Source of the DNA: a virus | Taxonomy: Duplodnaviria; Heunggongvirae; Uroviricota; Caudoviricetes | DNA: 38,061 nucleotides | IMG/VR virus record: IMGVR_UViG_2541047882_000004 | Direction: 5' to 3' (one strand) | Shown: piece by piece, positions 1-8,130 of the stretch | Layout of the letters: every line of letters starts with the position of its first letter | Numbering within the stretch: position 1 is the first letter of the stretch | Translations under genes and position numbers: made by a program | Notes under the pieces: model-generated | Databases searched by the model: none | Told to the model about the DNA's origin: nothing | Seen by the model: only the letters and a program-made list of their open reading frames with translations

Positions 1-1314
1 CTAACCCACTGATTTTAATAAGTCTCTTGTGTCACTTTGGTGACCATGGGACATCATTGGGACATAATCTGCCAGCTTCTGATTCAGCATTGCGATCTGT
101 TCTGCATTACTGTCAGTCATCCATGCTCCGTATACATTGAACACCATCTGGGCACTTGCATGGCCCATCTGGCTGGCAATGAAGCTTGGGTTTGCTCCGG
201 CAGATAATGACCAGCACGCATAAGTGTGTCGTGACTGGTATGCTTTCCGGTGCCTGATGCCCGCACGCTTAATGGCTGTTTCCCATGAGTCGCCAATAGA
301 ATCTACCTTGTAGATAAAACCGACCTGTTTGCTTTTTCTAACCACCTGGGGGTTAAATACGAAAGTACATTCATGGTTCACTGTACGTCCATATTCACGT
401 AGTTGAACCTTGATGTGGTGCTGCTTACCCAGTCTTGTCATTTCAGCCTGATTTTTCAGGACACTGATAGCGGGCTGGATAAGATGCACAACCCTGTTTG
501 TACTTGCTTCAGTTTTAGGTAGAGTGAACTCACCGAGTTTCGTATAATTGCGCCTGATAGTAATTGTTCCTGCTTTCAGATCGATATCTTCCCAGGCCAG
601 GGAGACCAGTTCACCATGACGCATTCCTGTGTACACAGCCAATGACCACAGGTTTTTTGTCTGCTGATGCCGGCAAGCATCTATCAGGCGAATAAATTCG
701 TCACGAGTTAGCGGATCTGGCTCTGCCCTGGCTCTTTTAAGAGGCTTAATTCCCTCGAAGGGATTTGCTTCTAAGTAACCGTGATCTGCAGCAAACTGAA
801 ACATTCCAGCGATTGTCGTCATATAATAATTTACAGTAACGACGCTCCGTCCTCTTGCTGGTGATTTGTCTTTCGTTGAATTCTGATATCCGGTCAGCAA
901 ATCTTTCCTGATATACAGTAATTCCTCTTTGGTCACCGTTGACACCAGTCTGCTACCTCCAATTTTCGGAACCACCGTTCTTGCAACGGATTCATAGCGA
1001 TTGAATGCATTTGCAGAGATTTCCATGCGTTTCAGATCCAGCCACTTTTCTTCAAGCTCTTTCACCGTAATTTCTTTTTTATTTACCCCAAAAGCCTTGA
1101 GGTTAGGAGAGTCAGGGAACTGCGCAGCGTAATCAAAGTTTCCTGTACGAATGGCAAAACATACAGATGTCCGCAGCTCTCCGGCGATCTTCCTGTTCTT
1201 GGCAGTGTCAGGGACACCAAGATTTTCCCTGACACGTTTACCTTTAAAATTAAACCAGATGCGTAATGTGCCACCGTGGTTTTCGACGCCTGTTGGATAT
1301 TTGACTTTATCCAT
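1..1314 (-). CDS. int: Tyrosine-type site-specific integrase
   Basis: 437 aa ORF; C-terminal catalytic region with R...HxxR...Y signature context (RHGEL..., SRHTYACW...); stop codon is at window positions 1-3, so the gene is complete. Confidence 0.9.
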   Translation of the reverse strand: MDKVKYPTGVENHGGTLRIWFNFKGKRVRENLGVPDTAKNRKIAGELRTSVCFAIRTGNFDYAAQFPDSPNLKAFGVNKKEITVKELEEKWLDLKRMEISANAFNRYESVARTVVPKIGGSRLVSTVTKEELLYIRKDLLTGYQNSTKDKSPARGRSVVTVNYYMTTIAGMFQFAADHGYLEANPFEGIKPLKRARAEPDPLTRDEFIRLIDACRHQQTKNLWSLAVYTGMRHGELVSLAWEDIDLKAGTITIRRNYTKLGEFTLPKTEASTNRVVHLIQPAISVLKNQAEMTRLGKQHHIKVQLREYGRTVNHECTFVFNPQVVRKSKQVGFIYKVDSIGDSWETAIKRAGIRHRKAYQSRHTYACWSLSAGANPSFIASQMGHASAQMVFNVYGAWMTDSNAEQIAMLNQKLADYVPMMSHGHQSDTRDLLKSVG

Positions 1315-1369
1315 CGATACCTCCAGACGCCCAAGAGCGATACGAGCTTACATATTTCATGGTATTAAA

Positions 1370-1606
1370 TCACCCAGGTTGTTTGTTTTTCATTGAAGCG
1401 ACCCAGGCATCGATTGCTTTTCTGTTATACATACATTCGCTGGAAGGTTTTGGATTACCGTCAGGCGATACGTGAATATACTCTCTTCCTACCATCCAGC
1501 ATTCTTTCCGGGCCCGGAGAATTGTGCCTGGTTTGAGCCCGGTAATTGCGATAAGAACGCTTTCACAAACCCATTCATTGGGAGCCAGTTGAATCACATT
1601 GCCCAT
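1370..1606 (-). CDS. xis: Excisionase-like protein
   Basis: 78 aa ORF immediately upstream of int on the same strand; RBS GAGGTAA upstream; sequence resembles enterobacterial prophage excisionases as I recall them. Confidence 0.6.
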   Translation of the reverse strand: MGNVIQLAPNEWVCESVLIAITGLKPGTILRARKECWMVGREYIHVSPDGNPKPSSECMYNRKAIDAWVASMKNKQPG

Positions 1607-1614
1607 GCATTACC

Positions 1615-1761
1615 TCACACAACACTCAGCCCACGGCAGTGGCACCACACTTCAAACATTCGTTTCACAATTTCACGGCAGTAGAAACCGTCAACATCTC
1701 GCGTCAGGTCATAGCGATTGCCGTAACGCTGGCGTACCCATAGCTCAAACGCTTTATTCAT
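1615..1761 (-). CDS. Small hypothetical protein (48 aa, Cys-containing)
   Basis: Hand-translated ORF MNKAFELWVRQRYGNRYDLTRDVDGFYCREIVKRMFEVWCHCRGLSVV below the 60 aa track threshold; AAGGA RBS 9 nt upstream; sits between two other minus-strand genes. Confidence 0.35.
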   Translation of the reverse strand: MNKAFELWVRQRYGNRYDLTRDVDGFYCREIVKRMFEVWCHCRGLSVV

Positions 1762-1764
1762 TCT

Positions 1765-2007
1765 TTATTTCCTTTTCATGGCCCGTAATTTTTTCAGATG
1801 AGTTTCCTGTTCTGTTTCTGCCAGAATTTGTCGGTATTCCTGGTGATCGAGCCGTTCAAACAGTTCATTAAAATCGTTTATTTTTACCGACTGTGTTCGC
1901 CCATCCATTCTTCTGTACAACACAGTGTTATTTATGCAGCGAATAATTTTTACCGGGTAACCGGCACTGTCGGTATACAGTTGTCCCTGATTAATCAAAG
2001 CGAACAT
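1765..2007 (-). CDS. Hypothetical phage protein (80 aa)
   Basis: Track ORF 1765..2130 trimmed to the internal Met at 2007, which has an AGGAGA RBS; the upstream part of the track ORF overlaps the intergenic region. Confidence 0.5.
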   Translation of the reverse strand: MFALINQGQLYTDSAGYPVKIIRCINNTVLYRRMDGRTQSVKINDFNELFERLDHQEYRQILAETEQETHLKKLRAMKRK

Positions 2008-2038
2008 TTTTTCTCCTGCTCTCTGAATAGTGAGAACT

Positions 2039-2410
2039 TCAGAGTCGTATGTTTGTAGCGGGTTCAATACTGATAATTTCTGCTGAGATAAGCATCCCGG
2101 CAAGCCAGAGTTCTCCGGACAGGTCTTCATCCTGACATATCAGTTCGCCAATATTAATGGTGGCCATGATATCTGTTCCCCCTGTGCGCTCATCCTCGAC
2201 TTCTTCATAAGGCAGTGTTGCGTACAGGCTTTCAATAGCGCAACTGATAACATCCAGTCCGGTCAGATTGCCGCCGACAGTAACTTCGAATGTTTCGCGG
2301 TATTCCCATAACCCGAAAGTTAATCGAACGGTTTGTTTTGTCATGCGTCCGCATGACGTCAGATTCGGGTCATAGTTCATTATTTGCGGTTGGGCATTAT
2401 GGATGTTCAT
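2039..2410 (-). CDS. Hypothetical phage protein (123 aa)
   Basis: Track ORF with AAGGGA RBS upstream of the ATG at 2410; no family recognised. Confidence 0.55.
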   Translation of the reverse strand: MNIHNAQPQIMNYDPNLTSCGRMTKQTVRLTFGLWEYRETFEVTVGGNLTGLDVISCAIESLYATLPYEEVEDERTGGTDIMATINIGELICQDEDLSGELWLAGMLISAEIISIEPATNIRL

Positions 2411-2450
2411 CTGCTTTTCCCTTAGCCCGGCGACCTGCCGGGCATATAAG

Positions 2451-3278
2451 TTATTTAACCTGGATAAATGGTGTACTGGCGCCGCTGGTCATGTATTGCG
2501 GCAGTGTGCCGTTCCATTTATTGATGGCTTCCAGCTCCATAACACCGGGGTTCTGGCGCAGAGCTTCACCGCGTAAACGAATAGCATCGGCTTCAGCCTG
2601 GGCTTTTGTGCGAATCGCATCTGCCTGTCCGGCAGCTTCCGCGCGCAACATGTTGGCTTCCGCTTCGCGCTGTTTAACTTCCTGCTCGCGCTGCAGTGTT
2701 TTCTGGTTCGCCGTGACTTTGGCATTAATGCTGTCGAGAACGGTTGGCGGATACTCCGGCTTACCCACATATGAGAGGCTCATTACCTGAATACCGATGG
2801 GCGTCATTTCTTCCTGAATGTCTTTAAGAGCAGCATCCAGCAGCTCAGACTTGCCGCCGTCGATAAATTTGTCGGTGGTCATTTTGCTGGCCAGTCGGTT
2901 AAGTGCGTCGGCGATCTTCTGACGCAGGTCGGTGTCGGTAATGTCATCCACGCCTTTGCGGTAGGTCTGAAACACCGTGGTAACTTTGGATGGATCAACT
3001 TTGTAGGCCACGCCAATGTGATAGCCGATGGTTGTACCGTCACTCATCTGGAAACTGAACGGTTCATCGTAGGTCTTCATTTGCTTGAAGGTGGGGAAGA
3101 TGTAAACTTCAGTATTCCAGCCAGTCCAGTAGCGACCAACACCGACCACCTCACCGACGCCTTTGTCGTCGCCCAGTTTATTTACCTTGATGCCAACATT
3201 ACCTGGTTCAACGCGATCGCAACCGACAAGGCCAATAGTCGGCAGAACAATGGCTAAAGCAAAAATAATTTTTTTCAT
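2451..3278 (-). CDS. SPFH/band-7 (stomatin/prohibitin-like) lipoprotein
   Basis: 275 aa; N-terminal signal peptide with lipobox LVGC; central SPFH-like region followed by an Ala/Glu/Gln-rich coiled coil (QREQEVKQREAEANMLRAEAAGQADAIRTKAQAEADAIR); AAGGA RBS. Confidence 0.8.
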   Translation of the reverse strand: MKKIIFALAIVLPTIGLVGCDRVEPGNVGIKVNKLGDDKGVGEVVGVGRYWTGWNTEVYIFPTFKQMKTYDEPFSFQMSDGTTIGYHIGVAYKVDPSKVTTVFQTYRKGVDDITDTDLRQKIADALNRLASKMTTDKFIDGGKSELLDAALKDIQEEMTPIGIQVMSLSYVGKPEYPPTVLDSINAKVTANQKTLQREQEVKQREAEANMLRAEAAGQADAIRTKAQAEADAIRLRGEALRQNPGVMELEAINKWNGTLPQYMTSGASTPFIQVK

Positions 3279-3463
3279 CTTTTATCCTTAGTGAAAGAAA
3301 GACCCTTGTAAATGGCATAAATGCAGGGCGGGGTCAGAAACGCCAGTGCAAAGCCAGAAATAACTGCTATCGTATCCTTCATGGATATAAGGAACGGAAC
3401 AAGTAATCCGTAAATACATGCGATAATTGCCAGTAAAATTACTATTGTGAAATACAGTCTCAT
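3275..3463 (-). CDS. Small hydrophobic membrane protein (62 aa)
   Basis: Two predicted transmembrane helices; its stop overlaps the SPFH start (ATGA), suggesting translational coupling. Confidence 0.5.
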   Translation of the reverse strand: MRLYFTIVILLAIIACIYGLLVPFLISMKDTIAVISGFALAFLTPPCIYAIYKGLSFTKDKR

Positions 3464-3486
3464 TGGTCTGTGGTATCCCGATATTT

Positions 3487-3594
3487 TTAACCGACTGACA
3501 GCACAATAAAGAGAATAATGATTTCAGTTAGTGTCAGTACTGTGGCAAGGATTAAAATCAGTTTTACTCTGTTTAATTCACGGTTGCTTTTCAT
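3487..3594 (-). CDS. Small membrane peptide (35 aa)
   Basis: Hand-translated ORF MKSNRELNRVKLILILATVLTLTEIIILFIVLSVG; single hydrophobic helix; no clear RBS. Confidence 0.2.
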   Translation of the reverse strand: MKSNRELNRVKLILILATVLTLTEIIILFIVLSVG

Positions 3595-3606
3595 ACAAAC
3601 GGTTAG

Positions 3607-3632
3607 TAAAAAACGGAAGAATTATATTCTTC
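3607..3632 (-). terminator. Rho-independent terminator after the 193 aa gene
   Basis: Plus-strand stem GAAGAAT/ATTCTTC (3616-3632) with a 3 nt loop; on the minus strand it is followed by a T tract (plus-strand A run 3608-3613). Confidence 0.5.
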
Positions 3633-3639
3633 TTAATAT

Positions 3640-4221
3640 TTAATGTGTCACTGGCGCTTCTGGCATACTATGAGTATTCAGGTCGTTAATCATTTCATCC
3701 AGAAGGAGTTCAAGCCCTTCGCGCCCCATAGCAGAGACAATGAAACCATTATCAGGATCTGCGATGAGCATTTTTTGATAGAGAAACAGAACTCGCCCCA
3801 TGCCTTCAGCTTCGCCATATTTTTCAATAAATCCCCATTCGACATGGTTTTGCAGGGCAATGCGAAGTGGTCCGGGGTAGATACTCAGGCAACCATGTTT
3901 CCCCTTGTAAATAACTGCGCGATCTGTAGTTCCATTATCGTTAGGGATATCAACAGTGCCGTTCTTGTCTTCCTCTTCATTTATAAATGTCGTCACATAC
4001 AGCCATCGCCACTGAGCAACCTTCATATCGACTGAAAATCGTCCCAGCAACCCTGCATCATCGGCTTCAGCAATACATTGCATGATTCTTAAACCGTGTG
4101 AGTTTGGATAATCGTATTCACCATCATTAAGTCGCTGTACGGCATCAACAAAATCAATGGTTGTATTGCCAATTTTTATGCCATGTGGCGTAACTTCTGG
4201 TCGGAACTCTGAATGATTCAT
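3640..4221 (-). CDS. Hypothetical protein (193 aa), unknown function
   Basis: Track ORF 3640..4296 trimmed to the Met at 4221 (MNHSEF...), preceded by AAGGAG; its ATG overlaps the stop of the upstream 62 aa gene (ATGA). Confidence 0.6.
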   Translation of the reverse strand: MNHSEFRPEVTPHGIKIGNTTIDFVDAVQRLNDGEYDYPNSHGLRIMQCIAEADDAGLLGRFSVDMKVAQWRWLYVTTFINEEEDKNGTVDIPNDNGTTDRAVIYKGKHGCLSIYPGPLRIALQNHVEWGFIEKYGEAEGMGRVLFLYQKMLIADPDNGFIVSAMGREGLELLLDEMINDLNTHSMPEAPVTH

Positions 4222-4406
4222 AATGTTTGCTCCTTTGCTGGTGGAATAATCGTGTAGCCAGCTCTTTTTGCCATCCACAGAAATGTATCCATGCAACCAA
4301 CGAATTCATTATCCAACAGATGTTTTGAGTAAATTACTTCACCATTTTCAATGGTTAGCAACACTCTTACTTTTTTATGTGTTATGTTTTGTTGTTTTTC
4401 TTCCAT
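4218..4406 (-). CDS. Hypothetical small protein (62 aa)
   Basis: Track ORF 4218..4421 trimmed to the second ATG, which has a GGGAGA RBS 7 nt upstream; coupled to the 193 aa gene. Confidence 0.5.
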   Translation of the reverse strand: MEEKQQNITHKKVRVLLTIENGEVIYSKHLLDNEFVGCMDTFLWMAKRAGYTIIPPAKEQTL

Positions 4407-4410
4407 TGAC

Positions 4411-4524
4411 TTATCTCCCATATGCTTTGCGCAAATACAGGCTGGCTATATGAAGATAAGAATCTCCATGTTGTGCAATGAGGCAGGCAGTTTTATACGA
4501 TGCCTTATGTTTCAGGAAAGTCAT
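4411..4524 (-). CDS. Candidate leader or small basic peptide (37 aa)
   Basis: Hand-translated MTFLKHKASYKTACLIAQHGDSYLHIASLYLRKAYGR; strong AGGAGA RBS 7 nt upstream; its stop lies 4 nt before the next start. Confidence 0.25.
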   Translation of the reverse strand: MTFLKHKASYKTACLIAQHGDSYLHIASLYLRKAYGR

Positions 4525-4602
4525 AACATAATCTCCTGCGAATAAAGGTTGCAACAATCCCCGGCGATAAAACCGTAATAAACATTCAGGGAATATTTAT
4601 TG

Positions 4603-4974
4603 TTATTGCGCTAATTCTTTTTCGGCAGCAGATTTTGCATATTCACATGCAAAATTCAGAATTTCGCTGCCAAGTGTTTTTGTTTCGTGATTACTGGACA
4701 TATGTAATACCTGTGTTGCATGCAATAAATGATAAACATTTACCGCAAATGAGTCCGGCTCCAGACAAATGCCTTCATAATCATCTTGTTGTGAGGTTGT
4801 TTCTGTCATTGCTCCTGAAGTGCATGCGAGTCTGTTTTTGACAATTCTCTTTCCTCTAATCACTATATCGGCAACATCTATTGCCTTTACAACCTCCGGG
4901 AGAAGTTCCGGGTTTGTATAATCAAAGTCATCAACATGGAGAACGGTTATGTTTTCGAACTTTTTCATGCGCAA
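4603..4974 (-). CDS. Hypothetical protein (123 aa), unknown function
   Basis: Track ORF; overlaps the stop of the upstream HTH gene by 10 nt, so likely co-translated; no motif recognised. Confidence 0.6.
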   Translation of the reverse strand: MRMKKFENITVLHVDDFDYTNPELLPEVVKAIDVADIVIRGKRIVKNRLACTSGAMTETTSQQDDYEGICLEPDSFAVNVYHLLHATQVLHMSSNHETKTLGSEILNFACEYAKSAAEKELAQ

Positions 4975-5426
4975 GTATCTCCTGCTGTTGGTTTACCGGT
5001 TAACAGCCACATCGGGTCGCAACCAAGGACATTTGCCAGCGGGATAAGCATACTGATAGTTGGTTCATAGTCTCCGCTCTCCCACTGAATGATGATTTCT
5101 TCATCGAGATCGAGCAGCCTGGCGAGTTCGGCGGTTGTTAAGCCGCAGGCTTCGCGTTGGGTGCGAAGGTTAACCAGCCAGCCTTTAGGGAAGGATTGTT
5201 TTTGTTGTGCAGGAGAAGCCGCAGATAGAGCATATTCATGGATAAATTCCATTACCTCAATGCCCAGTTCCTTTGAGCGAGCACAATCCAGAAGATGGAA
5301 TGTGCGTACAGCACTTAGCAAATTTGCAATATTTAATGCAAAGGAATCAAGTTCTAAGCCTTCAAGCGTAACACAGCCGCAGTTGATAAAATTAGTTGTT
5401 TCTGGAGTTGCTTTTAGTGTCTTCAT
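4965..5426 (-). CDS. DNA-binding protein with a C-terminal XRE-type helix-turn-helix
   Basis: 153 aa; C-terminal segment LTTAELARLLDLDEEIIIQWESGDYEPTISMLIPLANVLGCDPMWLL matches the XRE HTH pattern; N-terminal ~90 aa unrecognised. Confidence 0.65.
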   Translation of the reverse strand: MKTLKATPETTNFINCGCVTLEGLELDSFALNIANLLSAVRTFHLLDCARSKELGIEVMEFIHEYALSAASPAQQKQSFPKGWLVNLRTQREACGLTTAELARLLDLDEEIIIQWESGDYEPTISMLIPLANVLGCDPMWLLTGKPTAGDTCA

Positions 5427-5479
5427 ATACCCACAAACAATTTTAAATTGAATTTAACCAAGTTATAATTGATGATGCG

Positions 5480-5508
5480 ATATTATGCTTTGAGAAATAG
5501 GCTGTCAA
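5480..5508 (-). promoter_or_regulatory. Sigma70-like promoter driving the HTH/123 aa operon
   Basis: Minus strand reads TTGACA, 17 nt spacer, TAATAT; about 50 nt upstream of the ATG at 5426 and downstream of the cI terminator. Confidence 0.45.
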
Positions 5509-5535
5509 GAAAAAATTGATATCGTGTGTTTTAGG

Positions 5536-5561
5536 CAGAAAAAAACGGGCAAAGCCCGTTA
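5536..5561 (-). terminator. Rho-independent terminator downstream of cI
   Basis: Stem AACGGGC/GCCCGTT (5544-5560) with a 3 nt loop; followed on the minus strand by a T tract (plus-strand A run 5537-5543). Confidence 0.55.
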
Positions 5562-5571
5562 AAATCAAAGA

Positions 5572-6261
5572 CTAACCAAATCTGTTTATATTGAATGGTA
5601 CTGATGAGATCACTTTAGACTGGATATAAAGCAGAGCTAACCCCTCTTTTTCGATGCTCCATGGTTGATAATTGGGGTTATCAGATAACACCATGATTTT
5701 GCTTCCAATTTTTTGAAGTCTTTTCACGTAGCATTCTCCATCAAAACAAAATGCATAAATGCCATCGCCATCAAAATAAGTTACTGTCTTATCAAGAAAA
5801 AGAAGGTCGCCAGGTGAGATTGTGGGAGCCATACTGTCTCCTCTGGCGTTACCTATTTCTATATTTTTGAATGCCCGATTTCCAACAAGGCGTCGGGCAT
5901 ATTCAGGATCAAGTTCTATTGAGCGCACTACATCTATCAAGTCACCACGGACATGAGTTCCATCACCGCAACTAAACTCAACATCAAGGACATTAAACAC
6001 GACGCTATCTGTTCTTGTCTGGTGTTTCTCTTGCGAGGAAAAGGTTGGTGAGGAGTCTTCACCTAAGAACCAGGATTGTGGATAACCGCTAATCTCGGAT
6101 AAATGCGCGAGCTTATCACTCCGTGGAAATGTTTTTCCTGTTGTCCAGTACTGCACTGATTGCGCACTCACACCTAACTTGCGGGCCAGTTGAGCCTGAG
6201 TCCATCCTTTTGCTTTCAGCATCGCGGCTATTCGATTTTCCGTGTTTTTGACGTTCTTCAT
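5572..6261 (-). CDS. cI: CI-like prophage repressor (HTH plus S24/LexA-type autopeptidase)
   Basis: N-terminal XRE HTH (WTQAQLARKLGVSAQSVQYW); C-terminal S24 domain with the Ser (GDSMAPTI) and Lys (YVKRL) dyad context. Start set at ATG 6261 (AGGA RBS); the track ORF begins two codons upstream at a TTG. Confidence 0.85.
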   Translation of the reverse strand: MKNVKNTENRIAAMLKAKGWTQAQLARKLGVSAQSVQYWTTGKTFPRSDKLAHLSEISGYPQSWFLGEDSSPTFSSQEKHQTRTDSVVFNVLDVEFSCGDGTHVRGDLIDVVRSIELDPEYARRLVGNRAFKNIEIGNARGDSMAPTISPGDLLFLDKTVTYFDGDGIYAFCFDGECYVKRLQKIGSKIMVLSDNPNYQPWSIEKEGLALLYIQSKVISSVPFNINRFG

Positions 6262-6394
6262 GACCAAATCCTGTGGGTTTCTTTACAAGGATAAATCTTT
6301 ACTTGATTTTAGTGTATTCGATCCTTTTGCAACTTGCATGTTAATTTAAACTTGATGTATTCTTGATTTATAAAGTTAATATTGGTGCTTTGTT
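6262..6394. promoter_or_regulatory. Divergent cI/cro intergenic control region (candidate operators and promoters)
   Basis: 133 bp AT-rich region between divergent regulators; CTTGAT hexamer repeated at 6302, 6351 and 6362; AAGGAT/ATCCTT inverted pair; possible rightward promoter TTGATG-18-TTAATA. Confidence 0.4.
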
Positions 6395-6694
6395 ATGAAA
6401 GGAAATGATTACGACAAACTTCGTGCATTAATTGCGCAAAATGCCATAGCGCGAAATCTTGGTGTGACGCCGCAAGCGGTGAATCAGTGGTTTTCAAAAA
6501 ACACAATTCCTGCTCGTTTCGTTTTACGCGTATGTGAAGTAGTTGCATGGAAGGTCACGCCACATGGCTTAAGGCCAGATCTTTATCCTCACCCTGAAGA
6601 TGGAATTCCTGATTCGTTACGCAAAATTTCAAATCCAAGCCTAGCGCGCACGGAAGATGGGCAGAGTGATTCATCAGAAATGTCCACGCGATGA
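6395..6694 (+). CDS. Cro-like HTH regulator
   Basis: 99 aa ORF divergent from cI with HTH segment ARNLGVTPQAVNQWF; position equivalent to cro. Confidence 0.6.
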   Translation: MKGNDYDKLRALIAQNAIARNLGVTPQAVNQWFSKNTIPARFVLRVCEVVAWKVTPHGLRPDLYPHPEDGIPDSLRKISNPSLARTEDGQSDSSEMSTR

Positions 6695-6770
6695 ACGGTT
6701 ACTGAACGAAAAAAGAAAAGCCGGGCCGCACTCCGTCAGCCCGACTTATTCTGATTAGTAAGGGGATTTC

Positions 6771-7625
6771 ATGATGATCAATAAACAAAAATTAGTCAAC
6801 CCTGAAAACTTGCCAGTCATTGAGTGGCAGGGAGTACGTGTAGTTACCACCGAAACGTTGGCGGCGGGATATGGAACAACGCCAATCCGTATACAACAGA
6901 ACTACATTCGAAACGAAGATCGTTTCGTTGAGGGTAAACACTTTTTCAAAATCAGCGGTGATGAGCTGAAATCTTTCCGACTATCTTTTAGCGAGTCGGT
7001 TAATAAACATACAACATCACTTGTCCTCTGGACAGAACGCGGCGCTGCCCGCATGTCAAAAATCGTCGATACAGACGAGGCCTGGTTGTTCTTCGAAAAA
7101 ATGGAGCAGGCGTATTTTCGTAAAGCAACGCCTTCTTCAAACACTATTCCAGACTTTGACGATCCGATCGCTGCTGCTGAAGCGTGGATTGAAGCCAAAA
7201 AATCCGAACGCCTTGCTCTCGGGTATGCAGAGCGTCAGGCTCGCTACATCAGCAAACTCGAAAGCCATCTCGCCGATGGCATCACTCCTGTGCAGTTCTG
7301 CAAACAGCTCAACGGTGTAAACACTCGTCAGATTAATGCGTTCCTTGAAGAGCGTAACTGGCTGTATGACGACCGTCCGGAGGCTATGTATCCGCGCTGG
7401 CGTGTAAAAGCGTATGCACGTGACCAATACCTGACTGAGCGTTCTGGGCAGGTTGAGCAGGAAAACGGGGAAATGCGCGAGATTTTCAAACCACTCCTGA
7501 AGAAAAAAGGTGCCGCCTGGTTATATCGCCATTATCTGAACGGCGAACTACCTATGAAGAAAACATGGGATGGGCAATTTACCCATAACACTGAGCTCGC
7601 GAATCTTTTACAGGAGAGCAAATGA
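6771..7625 (+). CDS. Phage antirepressor (ORF6N-type N-terminal domain plus C-terminal antirepressor domain)
   Basis: 284 aa; N-terminal PVIEWQGVRVVTTETLAAGYG...EGKHFFK pattern typical of ORF6N-type antirepressors; AAGGGG RBS. Confidence 0.7.
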   Translation: MMINKQKLVNPENLPVIEWQGVRVVTTETLAAGYGTTPIRIQQNYIRNEDRFVEGKHFFKISGDELKSFRLSFSESVNKHTTSLVLWTERGAARMSKIVDTDEAWLFFEKMEQAYFRKATPSSNTIPDFDDPIAAAEAWIEAKKSERLALGYAERQARYISKLESHLADGITPVQFCKQLNGVNTRQINAFLEERNWLYDDRPEAMYPRWRVKAYARDQYLTERSGQVEQENGEMREIFKPLLKKKGAAWLYRHYLNGELPMKKTWDGQFTHNTELANLLQESK

Positions 7626-7834
7626 TGCAAACCAAGACATGTGTAACTGGTGATGTCGATCTGAAACCTTGCCCGTTCTGCGGAAATCCGGAAGTACAAC
7701 TCATTGAGGTGAAATATTTTCTGGATGGCGATGATGGTTATTACGTCGCATGTACTTGCTGTAACGCGAATCAGATTCCTGATTCGAAAGAACGTGCTGT
7801 TCATGACTGGAATCAGCGCGAAAACGCGGATTGA
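7622..7834 (+). CDS. Lar-family restriction-alleviation protein
   Basis: 70 aa; CPFCG...CxCC zinc-ribbon pattern typical of Lar-family proteins; AGGAGA RBS; start overlaps the antirepressor stop. Confidence 0.65.
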   Translation: MMQTKTCVTGDVDLKPCPFCGNPEVQLIEVKYFLDGDDGYYVACTCCNANQIPDSKERAVHDWNQRENAD

Positions 7835-7870
7835 CGGCGAGTAGGTACAAAATGATCCGCAACCAACATA

Positions 7871-7899
7871 TTGATTCTGCAATTTCGGGACGTTACACT
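7871..7899 (+). promoter_or_regulatory. Candidate sigma70 promoter inside the GC-rich untranslated region
   Basis: TTGATT (7871-7876), 17 nt spacer, TACACT (7894-7899). Confidence 0.3.
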
Positions 7900-8130
7900 G
7901 TTCCGGCACCTTATAAAGCGGGTGCCGGGATTGGAACCCCGGAATTGCATACGGCGATATACGACGCGCCAGCGTCTTTTTTATCGTCCATGCTCGCGCA
8001 CGCCAGAATTATGGTGGGCTGGGCAGGGGAGCCGAAAGGCTCGCCGGTTTCCGTATGCGCCGGTAGTTCCAACCCTGTCCAGTCCGCCACCAGTGAGATT
8101 GGAACCTCCGGTGGTGGAAGTTATCCATTG
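7900..8130 (+). ncRNA. Candidate structured RNA or cis-regulatory leader (put/nut-like); function unknown
   Basis: GC-rich segment open in three frames; perfect 8 bp inverted repeat CCGGCACC/GGTGCCGG (7903-7928); GNRA hairpin GAGCC-GAAA-GGCTC (8029-8042); TTCCAA/TTGGAA long-range complement. Confidence 0.25.
7963..7982 (+). terminator. Intrinsic terminator within the Lar-Rha untranslated region
   Basis: Stem GACGC/GCGTC (7963-7976) with loop GCCA, followed by TTTTTT (7977-7982). Confidence 0.4.

Noticed and set aside
1-3. Attachment site and the integration target gene
   Set aside because: The integrase stop codon is at the window edge, so any attachment site lies outside the window and cannot be assessed.
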